A stretch of DNA of 64,000 nucleotides from Tubiluchus corallicola. Its lineage: Eukaryota > Animalia > Priapulida. The notes beneath the pieces are model-generated. The model was not told the DNA's origin and did not search any database. It worked only from the letters and a program-made list of their open reading frames with translations. The position numbers and the translations under genes were made by a program. Positions 1 to 13,530 of the stretch are shown in pieces (position 1 is the stretch's first letter; the number at the start of each line of letters is the position of its first letter). Where the stretch lies: contig JAQGDQ010000375.1 in the NCBI GenBank assembly GCA_030141605.1, positions 62,001 through 126,000 of the forward strand, written 5' to 3'.

Positions 1-3000
1 TTGACCTTGGGACGTCATCTTAGGAAATAACTTGAAGCCGTGATTTTTTTTAATCCAAATGTCTCTTGTTTCAAATCCAGTCTCAGTCCCGACTTTTCAG
101 TTCATTCAGTTTGATTTCAAGTTTCATTCATTGTCGATTATTCCACCATGCAAAATGCGTAATTCAATGATTTTGCAAATCCAACACTTGGGTTTACTGA
201 TCTTAGTAGTTTTTCAATAGAAATAGAAGACCTGAACTACATTTATGAAAAGATAAAAACGTCAAATCTTGGTAATGCACACCTACTTAGCTAATCTTGC
301 TAATTACATTGTCGAAATCATAAACCAACTCCATACGTAGAATAACCTGCCGAATATTACCCTGACAACTAAAATTTCGAAGCGGCAAATTTGTGAAAAC
401 GTTTGGTTTCCGGGCTCTGCATGTTAGACCGAATCAGAAATGAATATGCGTCTGTGCTCGTTTGTATTGTAAACTGCTGCTTACTGTGAGACTGTAGAAT
501 TTTCAAGTGTGGTTAACCGGTTAGAGCAACAGACAACATTTAGGTGGGTACAACTATCCAAGTGAGACTGGCGAGGCAGAAATTTTGAGACCAAATGCGT
601 GCATCAATACAGGAACTGTAAATGTTATGGATTAATACAAACCCAGTGTCACGTGGGTTTGCTACACAACTTTCGCATCACTTAGAAAATATACGATATA
701 ATCTAGGAATATAGGTCAATGATTAAATATGCAGTGTATGTGTAGTAATGATTTGCATCTTTCTTGTGAGTCGAAAATGTGGATTTGCTGAATACATTAG
801 GTGTATGGGCTATTATTTCCCATTACTTGTGTTTTACTAGAGCATCTTTTGGCAATTTAAAAAATTATGTTCAGTGTGCAGAATTTATTTTAGCACCAAT
901 AAATTTGGTGAAGTGCATATCCACAGTGTCCAAAGGGAGACAGTGACAAAAATTACAGGTAAAACCATTGTGGAGAAAACTAATCGATCGGCGTTCAAAA
1001 TATAAATGTTACATGTCTGCTATAGGAGCCATTTAAGTGTAAAATAGAAGCTATTCATAGTTAACAAAAATACCAGTAGGTCGCAACAATAAGTAAAACA
1101 GTCGAGGAAAAGCATGTAATAATCTAATCTAATTTCCTTCTGTCCCTCAGCAATGATACTTTTTGTGTGTCAGACTTTTGTGCAAGTTTCACTTATTGTT
1201 ATATAGTTTTCTCAATGTGCCAAGAACCGTTGCCATTATGAAATAAAAAAGTATCTATGATGTTGGTACTTTAATTTGTGATCAATAAATTCAGAGGCAA
1301 ATATATAAGGTTATAATGTCTAGACTTTCAGATATACCTAAGTTTATAACGCTGATACTATAGTAATGTGGGCTCCATTTATTAACAGTTTCCTGTTATT
1401 GTAGTGTACCTGGTGTCTAGGGGATGTCACACTCACAAATAGGTAACAGACTTTCGATGCTGTCATTAAAAATTACTACGAAATGTAATATTCAATACCA
1501 GCGAGCTGTGCAACCCGTCCCTATATAATATATGTGTGCGTCCATTTGTATGTACTTATCTGTGGCGCAACATAAAGTTGAATACTGAATCTATGATAAT
1601 TATTACATTTATTAAATAACTAACAAAATATCCAAGCTTTTAACAACATATACTATAATTCTTGGCCAACTCCAATTGATTACAATAAGGTATAAGCATG
1701 CATCATTCAGCTCTCTAACCATGCATTTAACTTGACAATTTTAACTATAGCTTCATTTTAATAAGTGTGTTGAACCTAGTTCTTAAGTTTACAACAGAAT
1801 TTGTAATACTTTGATCGCTATACACGCTATTAAGCTCGTATTTACGAATGCATACAGCTCTTTCCATTTCTGATAGATGATATGCAGCGGTTACGTTAGC
1901 AGTAATAATTTTACAAGACTGCGCAACGCTTGCACTATAATTCGCTCACGCTAAGTAACCTTTAGACAATATTTCGCCGCTAAAATATAATTCGTCTACT
2001 GAACAAATGTCAGCAACGTTCAGGCCTACATACATATGAAGGCTAACGATCATTATATAACTTAGCTCATCTTTCTCAGCTTCATACACAAGCGACTGTG
2101 GGCTAAACATACTTAAAATAAAGTGTCTTCTTCACAACTCACAACCAAAAACGTACATGAATCCCAACTCATTACATTATTAGAAAGATAAAAATGACTC
2201 GTACCAGAAATTTTCATATCGCTTCTTCTGCTTTTTTTAAAAATTTGAATATATCTATATATTATCTGCTCATCATGTTCTGCAATAGCACATTCGCACG
2301 TTATAATGAATTCAATTTAATAGAATTGTAACAGTTTGTATTGTGTGTTTGCAGGTTATCGCAATGTAGGCCTAGCTAGGATGTGCAACACGGACATTTC
2401 AAAATGCTGTCTTGATAGTTCAACGATGCTCTGCTTCGTATTTTATGGACCAGTGTGACTATGTCACAGTGTGATTATGTCAAAAGCTCTCGATTGAACT
2501 CTTGTTAAGGATAATTATCTGTGGGTGGTCACAATATAGTGAGATAGAAGTACTCGCGCGAAGTGCATTTGGCCCTTTGAGGCAGACAGCGCAGACTTCA
2601 GCACTTTCAAATACTTAAGACTGACTTGTTAAATACTACGTTGAACAAGTAATATAATAAACGTGTCTTTGTGTTTAGTTCACTACATTCTTGTATTTCT
2701 TAGAAAATTTCTTGGCATCAACAACATTTCCTGAAAATTGCCTAACCAGTGGATCGAAGCAAAAGAAGCACTGACTCAGCTGCTGTTTTCCAGCTTGCTA
2801 GTAATATGGCACTGTCGCGCATGCGTGAGTTCAAAATTGGCATGCATAATCGTGCTACTATCTGACTAGACACTGTCGTACAGTTGCGGCTTAGTTCTGT
2901 ATCTCGCGCAATGTTTGTGACATATTATGTTATTTTGCGGCATGTAGCTTCTGCCCCTGTTGTTTTGCTGTATAAAGTAGTTCCTGTTTTTGCGTAATAG

Positions 3001-3095
3001 GAGGCACTGATTTGTCGTCATTGTTGTCAAAAAAGTATCGTTGCTACTCGCAGCTGAATTGTGCATCAACAAACCTGCACACAATCTGATCCAAC

Positions 3096-3998
3096 ATGAG
3101 AGATTTCAATGATAATATTTGCATGTGCAACACGATTTTTATACATTGCACGCTGATTAAAGTTGTGCTGGTTATCATTATTTTAATGATTATTGATGTG
3201 CCTTTCGTCGTATACCATTTATTTGTAGATGCCGTCTTAGTTGTGACTATAACAATTTATGTATTTAAACGTAAGCAGTTTCTCATGCTTCCCTGGTATT
3301 TAGCAATGATTTTGACGAATGTTGCTCTATACTGGATCATTGCAGAATACGAAGTTATTGTTCAAACGTATGACTTTGATGTGCATGGGCTGGACAAGTC
3401 ACAAGCATTTTTTCGTATCAGTGACGCGGAACTGAAATATAACAGAAATATCGCTCTGACCAATAACTTTGTGAATCAGAATAGTACACATAAGATTCAA
3501 GATATTTCTGTACGGAATGTAGACGTGTGGACGTCTGATGTTTTACGTTTTGACTTCCTGTTGCACTACTGGAAAGATAATAGTTTTACGTCGCCATATA
3601 TTTGTATCATTGAAAGTGACATAGTTTTGAATCTCGACTACTTTGCTCAACAGTTGGAAGAAAATCAACCAGAGCTGGCTCACATACAACACTTTCACTC
3701 GCACATTTCTTTCGAGTCATGTAACATCGGAGTTCTCTGCACGTCTAAGTCGGTAACCTTTAGTACAAAACTCTGGACATGGTTGATGCGTTGCTTAAAT
3801 AGTAAGCGATATAGGAGAATGATTCCGTACAGTTTTATGTTTAATTTAGTGCGATCACGGTTCGTATTTGGGTGGGACAGTCACGGAGGATGCACCACAT
3901 TTCGACCCCAATGCAAGTATGTTCACTTTACACGTCCCAAAGCGGAAGGCATCAAAAAAGCCATTCAGGCTGTTGAGAAGGCGTCAAAAGTGCAATAA
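3096..3998 (+). CDS. Intronless membrane-anchored glycosyltransferase-like protein (GT-A fold, GT8/nucleotide-diphospho-sugar transferase-like), 300 aa
   Basis: Uninterrupted 903-bp ORF; hydrophobic N-terminal ~85 aa; hhhhESDh (YICIIESDIVL, DxD-like), CNIGVL (NxGV-like) and YVHFTRPK (HF..xK) motifs in the order expected for GT8-like enzymes. Confidence 0.6.
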   Translation: MRDFNDNICMCNTIFIHCTLIKVVLVIIILMIIDVPFVVYHLFVDAVLVVTITIYVFKRKQFLMLPWYLAMILTNVALYWIIAEYEVIVQTYDFDVHGLDKSQAFFRISDAELKYNRNIALTNNFVNQNSTHKIQDISVRNVDVWTSDVLRFDFLLHYWKDNSFTSPYICIIESDIVLNLDYFAQQLEENQPELAHIQHFHSHISFESCNIGVLCTSKSVTFSTKLWTWLMRCLNSKRYRRMIPYSFMFNLVRSRFVFGWDSHGGCTTFRPQCKYVHFTRPKAEGIKKAIQAVEKASKVQ

Positions 3999-4564
3999 AG
4001 ATGTTGGAAAATAATGATCCAAATATTACTGGTCAATGGTTGGACAATCAGAGCAGCTGAAGTGGTAGCAACTTCCAAAAAGTATAGTGTTTACTCAGGG
4101 TTCACTGTGCCGTAAAAATAATGAGAAGACACCATGTTGAAAAGTCACAAGAAAAGGGGCACCCGAAGTAGGTTTCAGAAAAAGTCCCTTAAAAAATTAA
4201 TAGCCTGAGTTGGAACATGGTCAGAAGCAGTTACGTTCTGTACTGGCTGTTGAGTTAGCTTCGTTGTGTTCAAATTTACTATTTGTGATATTATTAATAC
4301 CTGTGATTAAACTTTATGCGTCAAAATAAATAACAAGTCAACGAGCCGATGTAGAACTTCATAAATTGCTTCTATTTCTAGCTATAATTAAATTATTTAC
4401 ATCGTTTCGGCATTATGTTCCTGCTGTCCCCATAAACATTAATAACCTGAATCAGTTTAAATTATTAATCTCTTCTGTGCTTATTTAATAGATTTTCACC
4501 TTAAACGGATTAGACAGTTACTAGCTGAGCTTCTTTGCTGTGCCTCATGATACAATATTGATGT

Positions 4565-4735
4565 AAAATTTGAACTGTGCATGCTGATGGTGTCTACAAT
4601 TTATTACTGCATTTCATCAGAAGGCCTTTTCATTCTTTTCTCCTTATCAGTGAAATCCGATAAAGACACGAAAAGGCCTGTTGATGAAATGTAGTAGCAA
4701 ACTGTATACAACAATAGAATGGGTAGTTTAAGTTT
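4565..4735. repeat. Long imperfect inverted repeat (hairpin/MITE-like), ~65-bp arms
   Basis: tacaatttattactgcatttcatcagaaggccttttc pairs with gaaaaggcctgttgatgaaatgtagtagcaaactgta across a ~38-nt loop. Confidence 0.6.
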
Positions 4736-5745
4736 TATATAAATTTTAAATAGTTACTTTCTGATCAAAACAGCTGTGTTAGTGTTACTGGAAGACGCAT
4801 GTAAGTGGTTAGTCTGTTCTACATTATAATAGCTAGAAATTTTTATTCCAGATTCCATAAAACAACTTCAAAATGTGAATGCACCAGCGTAAATAGAAGA
4901 ATTAAGCTATGGAACTAGTGTGCACTACCGTAACAAAGGCAGATTAGACATACAGAACGTATGTAATCAGGAAGCTATATGTAATTGTAAGGTAGGCCTA
5001 ATATCTCATAATTTGTCAAAATGGTAAACACAAATTTTGTTATTTGTTTAAGGATTATTTACCCATGTTTTGTAAATAAGGAGACTTTTTAGAAAATTTT
5101 GAAACATGGTAAATTATGTAATTTGTTTTATTTTTTATACTTTATTATTTTAATAGTTGTAAAAATTATGACATTAAACATATTAATATCATTATAACTT
5201 GCATTTTATTTTATTCTTTTGCACAATACAGTACAAAATTACTTTACTAATAATATTATAATGGTGTAAGGAAACCATATAACCGAAGGTTATATTGAAC
5301 AGAGTGAAAATAATCAAAATGACTGACAGAATACAGAGTTCGGACAGTTAGAAAAGTATGTAGGCTTACTAAGCTAAACAATTTTAAAGTTTTGCCAAGC
5401 ACTTTTGCATTCAGTGTACTGAAACCTCGTTGTTACGACTGATTAGTTAATGTGGCCAACAAGCCTTCTTACTTACGATATTCTTACATCTTGGTATCTG
5501 TGGAAATCTTCATCAATTGAATAAAACTAGATGACGTTCAGAAAAACAACAGAAGCATTCGCCAAAAAATTCGCATTCTCTTGCAGTGTTCTGACACTTT
5601 CTTTTCCTTAAAAAGAAAAAGATTCCGGGCAACCAGCGAATGTCACTTCGTGCCTACTTACGAATGGTTAAAAATTTTAGAAACTTCAACTTTGCGTTAA
5701 GCAATAATTATTTTTTATTATGATAAAAAGTCGATTTTTATAATG

Positions 5746-6288
5746 TTATATTCCAGAACAACGAACTTCTTTTTTCACGTGAACAAACTTATGATAATCA
5801 CTTTCTGAGTTATTACTAGTTTGCTGTTGGTATTCTAGAACTTTATTTAACAAGTTGATATACCGAATCGCCAAACGCAAGATTTCATTTTTGCTTAGTT
5901 TTTTGTCGTGCGGGTATGTCGGAATCAGACGACGCAGATCGGAAAATGCTGTATTTACGTTCTGCTGGCGCCATCTTTCGCGGGTATTTGTAAAATTCCG
6001 GCGCACTTTTCCATGACCTACAATAGTCTGGAAAGTATTTTTGCTCCTCGTGGAACGAGTTTCCTTTTCCGTTTCTCCGTAAGTAGTTGTCGAATCGGGT
6101 TCACCTCGATGCCAAAAATTCTCGTAGTTCGAATCTTCTTCGTTGTAAAATTCGTCGTAGTTGAACAATTCTTCCTCATCAGCTGTTAGGCGGGAGTCTG
6201 TGATCTCTGAAGATGAGGAGCAAAATTCTTCTTCATCTTTCTCAGGTGTTCTACTGCTTTCTAGCGTGAAACTATCTCTAGACGACAT
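5746..6288 (-). CDS. TAL1: TAL1/SCL-family class II bHLH transcription factor, 180 aa
   Basis: [52 protein letters not shown] matches the TAL1/TAL2/LYL1 bHLH ([10 protein letters not shown] diagnostic); in-frame upstream stop fixes the ATG; acceptor tttacag ends at 6338. Confidence 0.92.
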   Translation of the reverse strand: MSSRDSFTLESSRTPEKDEEEFCSSSSEITDSRLTADEEELFNYDEFYNEEDSNYENFWHRGEPDSTTTYGETEKETRSTRSKNTFQTIVGHGKVRRNFTNTRERWRQQNVNTAFSDLRRLIPTYPHDKKLSKNEILRLAIRYINLLNKVLEYQQQTSNNSESDYHKFVHVKKEVRCSGI

Positions 6289-7386
6289 GCCAAAATTTGT
6301 GTGGTAAACTTATTTCATCCGCCACGTATTTAATATTCTGTAAAGTCAAAAATAATCTTCGTTCAACCTGTGCACATTTGTGTTTGTGTTGTGCACTGAT
6401 CGACCAAATTTAATCAATGGATAGTAAATGGACAGGTAACTGCTAATAAATGCTTTTTCTTGCAGAAAGAATGCGAATCTGAACTTGGCCAAGACACTGC
6501 TGCTAGTTCAGTAGCTCATCTGAGAAGATTATTCTTGATACAGTGCTACAGCTATTCATCATAAAGTGGCTTGCAGGGTACAGAATGGCGTGGAATACAA
6601 TATTCATCATACGCACGTTTGCTAACTTGTAACATTTTTATAATCCTGACGTACAAGTGCTGAACAGAAAAAAGGCATGATAGTGTAGCAAACAAAATTA
6701 CATTACTAGTGTACGTTATTAATAATAACTTATGGTAATAGTGCAATTTGTTAGCAAATGCCTAATTATTCTCAGCAAACTTTGATTAGCTCGTGTTCGC
6801 CAATCATGAGATTATAAAAAAGCACAGCATAAAACAAATAATCATAAATAATAAATATGACACAATTCTGTTGTAAAATCTGCAGTGACGCTGAAAAAAA
6901 AATCAAAAATGAACTGAAAAATAATGTACTAGCCTTTAAAAAAATTAATAAGAAAAGATCAAATCACACCTTTTTATTATTATCAATGTTCACCCAGTAG
7001 TCTGTAGGCAGTAGCAGATTAAAGCCTGTCATGCCACATCACAGCAACAAACTAAAACCCAACTAAACACAAAGAACTCAAATCACAAATGCAAGATGCC
7101 AATCAAGCACCCAATTTCAATTTTTTCATATGTTTATTATTTTACAAAAAACTATTTTTTGTAAATACTATAAGTATGTTAAGTGCTCTCAACTGTGTAA
7201 AATGAATGTAAATTTTACGTATTTATGTAATTAATTATAGCTTTAATTGTGTTTTTACTTGTAAATTCGTTTTTGTATGGTAACACTATTGCTCACAGCA
7301 GTGGAAACACTGGTTATACCATCAAATTTTGAATGCGAAGTTTATCGTTCAATAATATATAATTTTTGTAGCAATAAACAATTTTG

Positions 7387-7443
7387 TTATTATTATTATT
7401 ATCATCATCATCATCATTATCATCATCATCATCATCATCATCA
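7387..7443. repeat. (ATT)n/(ATC)n microsatellite
   Basis: Direct reading. Confidence 0.9.
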
Positions 7444-9153
7444 TTTCAAGGTCTAGTGTAGCGTACAACATTGCTTATGAGTTTCCAAGTTAGCAGCTGG
7501 ACAAGAGCCCGCATATCAAAATCTTAAATGTGAAGAGACGTTAAAGTCTCAATCGTCACCTTCTTCATTGTCACATGACCGATAAGATTATATATATTAA
7601 TATCTGTCTCAGCATTTCTTGCTGATAACTCCGCGTTTTTTGTTTCCGCTTTTTTGTATATATATATATATATATATATGACGTAAGCGGCCGTCAACAA
7701 AATACAGTATTACATTAAAATTTTAAGCTGTGCGATTGTTGTGTGTAATGAGCTTGGTAACATTTACTATGTCCAAGTTAATTTCTGCGGGACCAGACAA
7801 GCCTGCAATCATAGGCGTACGGGAAGTTTCGCAAGGGGCAGAAGAAATTTGCCCTGAAAATTTTCCAAGTTGCCTTAGTTTGAGTGATTTCAAAATAAGA
7901 GCAGACAACGGAGAAGATAAGTATGTTGGGTATAGACTGACAAAAAGTGTCGAAAAACGAAGTACTTACACTTATAGGTCTATGTGTTTATGCTTATTTG
8001 TATTTATACGTGTTTTAATTCGATATAACGTACACAGAGTGTCAGGCAAATGACAGCCTGGCAATTATGCGTAAAAGCAATCATAAGTAGATGTAAACGT
8101 ATTAATTTTTCAATGTATTTTAAGCACTATAATATTTTCTTATATTTATTATAGTTGATGTTCAAACTGACACGAAATAAATTAGTTCAAACTTTATCTC
8201 TAGTTCCCTTTGTGTTTAAAAAGTGCATAAAGGAGTTATGAGGCTTAGTGAAATAAAATAGGCAGCAGGCATTATTATTAACTTTAAAATGTTTAAAAGT
8301 TTAAACAATTCGTCGTGCAAGAAACACTTCAATAGCAGCCAGCAAAAAGAGGAAATGCACTACGTGAGCAATTTTTGCATGTTGAAATCTTAAACTTTGA
8401 AATTTTAAAACAGAATTATTTGTCTTGAAGATAACCAGCTTTTGTCCTGAAAATGCTCAATTCATTTACCCTGGAAGGCAACCGCCTCCCTGACTCCCCG
8501 CCTCGTACGCCTATGTTTCGCCATCCAACAATTTTTCTAAAGCAATGCTCTATTATGATGTCACACAACACTACACAACAAAAACGCTACACAATACAAC
8601 ACACCATACCACATCACTCAAACCAGTCCATGCCACAAAACAACAGCAAACAATTAAAACACATTGAATTGCGTGAAATAAACACTTATAAATCCATCCA
8701 CTAATGATCAATGCAGCGCGAATATTCTACCGTATACTCCTTATTTTCTGCTCCCGAATGATAGTAATAAGTTAAAAGTTAACAGAAACCACATTTACAG
8801 TTGATATACACACCAAATTTATGTTAATATTTAGTACGCACTGTTTGCTTCACAATGAGTAAACAGCAAAGCTTTGTACTGCATAAACAAAAACGAGAGC
8901 AAGACTGGCATCTCGGCGAAACGAATCTACTTATAAAGGTTAAATCGCAACCCAACAATGTTTACAGAAGCATAAACACTCGAAATTTAAGCAATGTTAG
9001 CTAATTAGGGCTATATATCACCAGTTTAACTGTCTGACTCAGCCATTTTAAGTCGTTAAGTCTAGGTTTTATAAACGATCCAAAAAATCAGTACTATGTG
9101 TCATGAGCTTTCAAGTTTGAGATATACGTAACAGTACATAACTATGTAGAATA

Positions 9154-9196
9154 AGATAAGAAAAGATCAGATAAGTAACTTATTTATTCAAGATAA
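9154..9196. promoter_or_regulatory. Cluster of three AGATAA (GATA) sites in the putative TAL intron
   Basis: AGATAA at 9154, 9169 and 9191, all in the same orientation. Confidence 0.35.
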
Positions 9197-9215
9197 CTGG
9201 ATTGACAAAACTTGT

Positions 9216-9661
9216 TTACCGTACCGTACTGCTAGTACGGCACGGTACGCAAAAAAACTTTTAAACGTACGGTACGAAATTGCGGTATGGTATTTTTTAA
9301 CAGTGCAGTGCGGCAATATCTAGTTAATGACCGTAACTCGTCGCGTCTGCCACAAAATTATTTACTAGGAAAAGGTAACTCAAAATAAACACATATCTGT
9401 GAATAATTTTATGTAACTTTTGTAATCTAAAATAAATAGTATGGAAGTTCTAACTGCAGTTCTGTTTTCACAGTACGCACAAATTCATAACAATAATTGA
9501 TAAATTTAATCATTTTACGATTAATTTTTATGCCACTCTTTATCTTTTTGCGGTAGATCTTGCGTGCCCATGGCACGGAATTTGGTACGATATCACGGTA
9601 CGATATTTTTAGAGGTACGAAGTACGGTATTTTTTTGTATCGTACCGTACTGCCAGCCTTG
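9216..9661. mobile_element. Degenerate non-autonomous DNA transposon (hAT-like) with GTACG/CGTAC subterminal repeats
   Basis: Dense accgtaccgtac/gtacggtacg motifs at both ends; right end gtactgccagccttg resembles a hAT-type terminus. Confidence 0.45.
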
Positions 9662-10033
9662 TTTGCAACAAGGTCATGATTTGTGGTTTCAGGAATTTAA
9701 AATTAAGAAAAATAAATACACTAATGTATGGACATTGAACAAAAAGATAAAAATGTGCAGGCATACAGAGACATTGTAAAAACAAAATGAATATGCATAT
9801 GAATAACTCAATTGGCTTTGAAATCATTTACTAAAAAGTTAAATTAAGATTTTAATACGCTTGGCATCCATTATCGCAACAATAAGAAAACAAGATTATA
9901 GACAGATCACTCCTATCCCTAAATCAGTCTATAACTTAAAATATATTTTATAGCTATGAAATGAATTGTAAAATCGTGCGTAGTAGTTTTTTTCATCGTA
10001 CAATGAAATCCGGTGTGCCAGGCACACACTTAC

Positions 10034-10325
10034 CTTGAAATGATTTGTTAATAGTTTGTCAGTTTAGTTGATTCCCTAGGTTATCCACCACTGGTAAGAG
10101 GCTCATATCCTATTTCATCACGTCATTTAACGCAGCAGTTTGCACCATTTCCCTCACATGAAATGCTAACCTTTCCAACACTTGCCTATCCTGCAGGTCT
10201 TTGAAAATCAACTAGGAAGCTTTTCTCCACGTGGGCGGAGCGTTGGAAGCTGTTAGTTGCCTTCATTGGTCGTCCTATGCCACGCAGTGCTTCAATGAGG
10301 CAGGTTTCGTTGAAATTTATATAAG
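10034..10325 (-). promoter_or_regulatory. Putative non-coding first exon and promoter of the TAL gene
   Basis: Strong minus-strand donor AAG|gtaagt at 10034/10033; nearby CACGTG E-box and GGGCGG (10228-10238), CCAAT (10265-10269) and TATA-like TATATAAA (~10316-10323). Confidence 0.4.
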
Positions 10326-11233
10326 GGGAAATAAATTTAGATTAAGATTAATGCATCCTAATGAATGTGGAGGCGTCTTAATGCTTATAAAAACAATATT
10401 GTTTTAAAAATATGGAGTGTTTGAAAAGCTCATCGTTATTTTTTTATCTAAAAATTTATCAGAAATTACTAGCAGTTACAGCCGAAACCAAATGACAATT
10501 TGTTGTCTTTGTCTCCTATTCACGAGAATTTTAATGACATTGTACTTGACATCATGTTCTAGAGTCAACATAACAGCAAAGGAAAGCAGCACAAAACTTC
10601 AAATGTAGATCTAAAAAATCATAGTTACTGAATAAGAATACCTCCAAATGAATCAACTACAAAAAAAATTTAAAAATTAGTGAAAGACTAATAAAACACT
10701 TTATTTTTGGTTGCCTTATTAGCAAAGCTAGTTTCTGTTTTATTTATTTATACAGAAAGAAGCATAATTATTATTTAATAACTTAATTGTTACTTAACAA
10801 TTGACATTACTGAGTATTGAATATAGGTACAATTTTGTATTACGTTTTACAATGTATTATTATTATTATTACAGTGACCCTGGGAATACCAGTAGGCTTA
10901 TATATAGTCTTTAAATAAAAAGGATTGTGTTCTTGAATAAGATATGTCTTTGCTTAAGTGGGTGCTGGCTGTTATTTTTATTTTAAGAATTCGTTTTCCT
11001 CATCACCAATCAGTTAATCCTTAAATCACTGCAAATGTCAGCCAACAGCTTTCAGGCAAATCGTACATGTTTGCCCCAATGAAACTCGAAGCAATAATAA
11101 AATGGTACTTGTACGTGAAATGTTAATTTTGTTATTTGAGATATACATTTTTTGAAAGGCAGGTGATACTTTAAAGGGCTAATAAATTAAATGTAATAAG
11201 TTCCTGGCAACCGCGTAATTATTACAGCATATT

Positions 11234-11297
11234 GGGCCGTCTTAACGCATGGGCACGCTGGGCAGTTGCTTGGGGTCCACGAGCATAGGGGCCCCAG
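11234..11297 (+). mobile_element. hAT-like transposon terminal fragment
   Basis: GC-rich gggccgtcttaacgcatgggcacgctgggcagttgcttggggtccacgagcataggggcccc resembles typical non-autonomous hAT ends. Confidence 0.4.
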
Positions 11298-13364
11298 TGC
11301 ACTGCTCTGACCGCTAGCCTATAATATTGTTAAAACGATCCTGACAGCATAATGGTCCAGAGCATATTGGTCCGTGTATCACTGCGTGATGGTACCAAGG
11401 TTATCAAAGCTACAATGACGTCAAAACTACAATAAATTTCCTATTTGTTATACAAAAGCTAATCTAATTTTAATTGTTAAATTTATTTTCTGATTTGAAT
11501 TTGGCAACTATTGAATCCTTTTTCATGTAAATTAAGCACACGATTAGCCCCGCTCCCGTAGTTTACTGCCCGAAGGTTTTTTTATTCTCTTATTAAATTG
11601 ATATAAAAATAATTATAAAGCTTGTTGGCACTGTTTATTAAACTTCGATTAAGCGCTGATTCACGTTGCGTATAAGAACTGTTAAATTATTTAGTTCACA
11701 TGGTCCTCATGTAAATTACTGAAATGGACCGTGAATATAAAATAATTCAACTGACGTCAACCTCATTGTAAGACTAAAGTAAATAAAAAATTATTTGTTA
11801 TTATACATGCATTTACAAAATTGTAGAAATTCTTTGAAGAATTACAGCCGCAGTTTCTTTTTGAAAATATTATTTATGCATTTTAAATCGAAGTAAGATC
11901 ACTAAGTCATTTAAAAATAGTATCTATCTATTTAAAAAATATCAATCCTCAGATCAAAATTAATTTAAAACTTAAATTAGTTTGATTAGTTTGGATTTAG
12001 AATTACGTTATACCGTTGTCTAGATTCCCAGTAATCCTAAATTGTAAGAGGAATTAAATATTATGAGGTGATTAAATCTTGGGTTTCTAATCATTGTGTC
12101 TTTGCAATAAGGATAATTCTTTTTTAAATTAATAAGCGATCCTGCCTGCACTTGATTCACAATTAACAAAAACATTTTCGGGGATTTGTTTATAACACAG
12201 CGATTAATCAAATTCTGCGGTGATTCAGTTTTTAACTTTACAATATTCCTCTACTGAATTGATTGTACCATGATGCATCAAAACGTTTATTATTTTTTTC
12301 AAGAAATTAAATTACACTTACTCATTTACTAGCCTTTTTTATAATTTAAGTTTTATGCTTTTCTAGGCTACAGTGGGTTTCACCTATAATTCAACCTGCT
12401 ATAGTTAAGGATTTCGGTAAATGCTACACGCGTAAACATACGTACATATAATCAAAACTATTTACTTTATTTGTTTATTTATTATATAGGTAATAATAAA
12501 TTTTTTATAGTTATTTAATTACCCAGTATTCAACCTGACTACTTATTTAATCGTGTGTTTACTAATTACTAATTTACTCAGTTACGTTTTACTTACTAAT
12601 TATGTATTTTACTTAGCAGAATTTTCCTATCAGCTTTTTATATTTTTTTTAAATAAATTGTTCGGGAGGCTTGATGGCTTGTCTTTGAAGAAGCTATTTT
12701 TAGCTCTCATTATGCCCACTAATTTCACAACTTTTTTTAAATTGCATTTTCTGAAATTCAAACCCCACAAAATTCTGCTTTTTTAAATGAAAGCCAGAGG
12801 AAATAAAAGCATAAAATGGCTTATCTTAGGCACATGAAAACAGTTAAACACAAACTATTGTTGATAGAACCCTGAAACTCTTCCACATCAGTGAGTCTAA
12901 AGAAATCTTTTCTGTTTCTTTTTGTAAAGACGTAAACACAGCGTGCAAAGCTTTAGCCTTGTCCATATAATGGCAAACAATGGACCTTTTCGCATGAATT
13001 TTGACGCTATCTTATATCATGAATTGGTTAATACTACTTGATGGCGAGAACCATGTATCCCGGACGGGAGCAATACACCATCAATACACCATGAAGATTA
13101 ACGCGTTCTCAATATAATTTTGATATGACTGGTTAACACGTGGCATAAGAAAGGTCGGAATGAAATGAATGGCGGGGATTAAATGGAGAAGAATGGATGC
13201 TGTCTAGCAGAGAAGTGTGGCACACGCAGGCGCTAACAAACTAATCTTGAAATATTGGCGCGTTTGAGTGAAAAATTGCCAATTTATACCGTGATTGACA
13301 CATTCAAGTTAATGGATAATTTGTTACAATTATTTGTGTAGCATATTCATTTTTAAACAAGCAC

Positions 13365-13371
13365 TGATGAA

Positions 13372-13447
<76 letters not shown>

Positions 13448-13530
13448 GTAATGATGATGATGGTGGTGGTGGACGTTGATGATGATGATGATCATGTTTG
13501 TAGTGATGATGGTGACGATGATGATAATAT
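13365..13530. repeat. (GAT)n microsatellite
   Basis: Direct reading; explains the poly-M/H/S ORFs. Confidence 0.95.

Noticed and set aside
5908-6189. Antisense ORF over TAL
   Set aside because: Non-ATG shadow frame of the bHLH coding strand
7730-8053. 107-aa ORF with a signal-peptide-like start
   Set aside because: Begins at GTG, no recognisable domain, lies antisense within the presumed TAL intron
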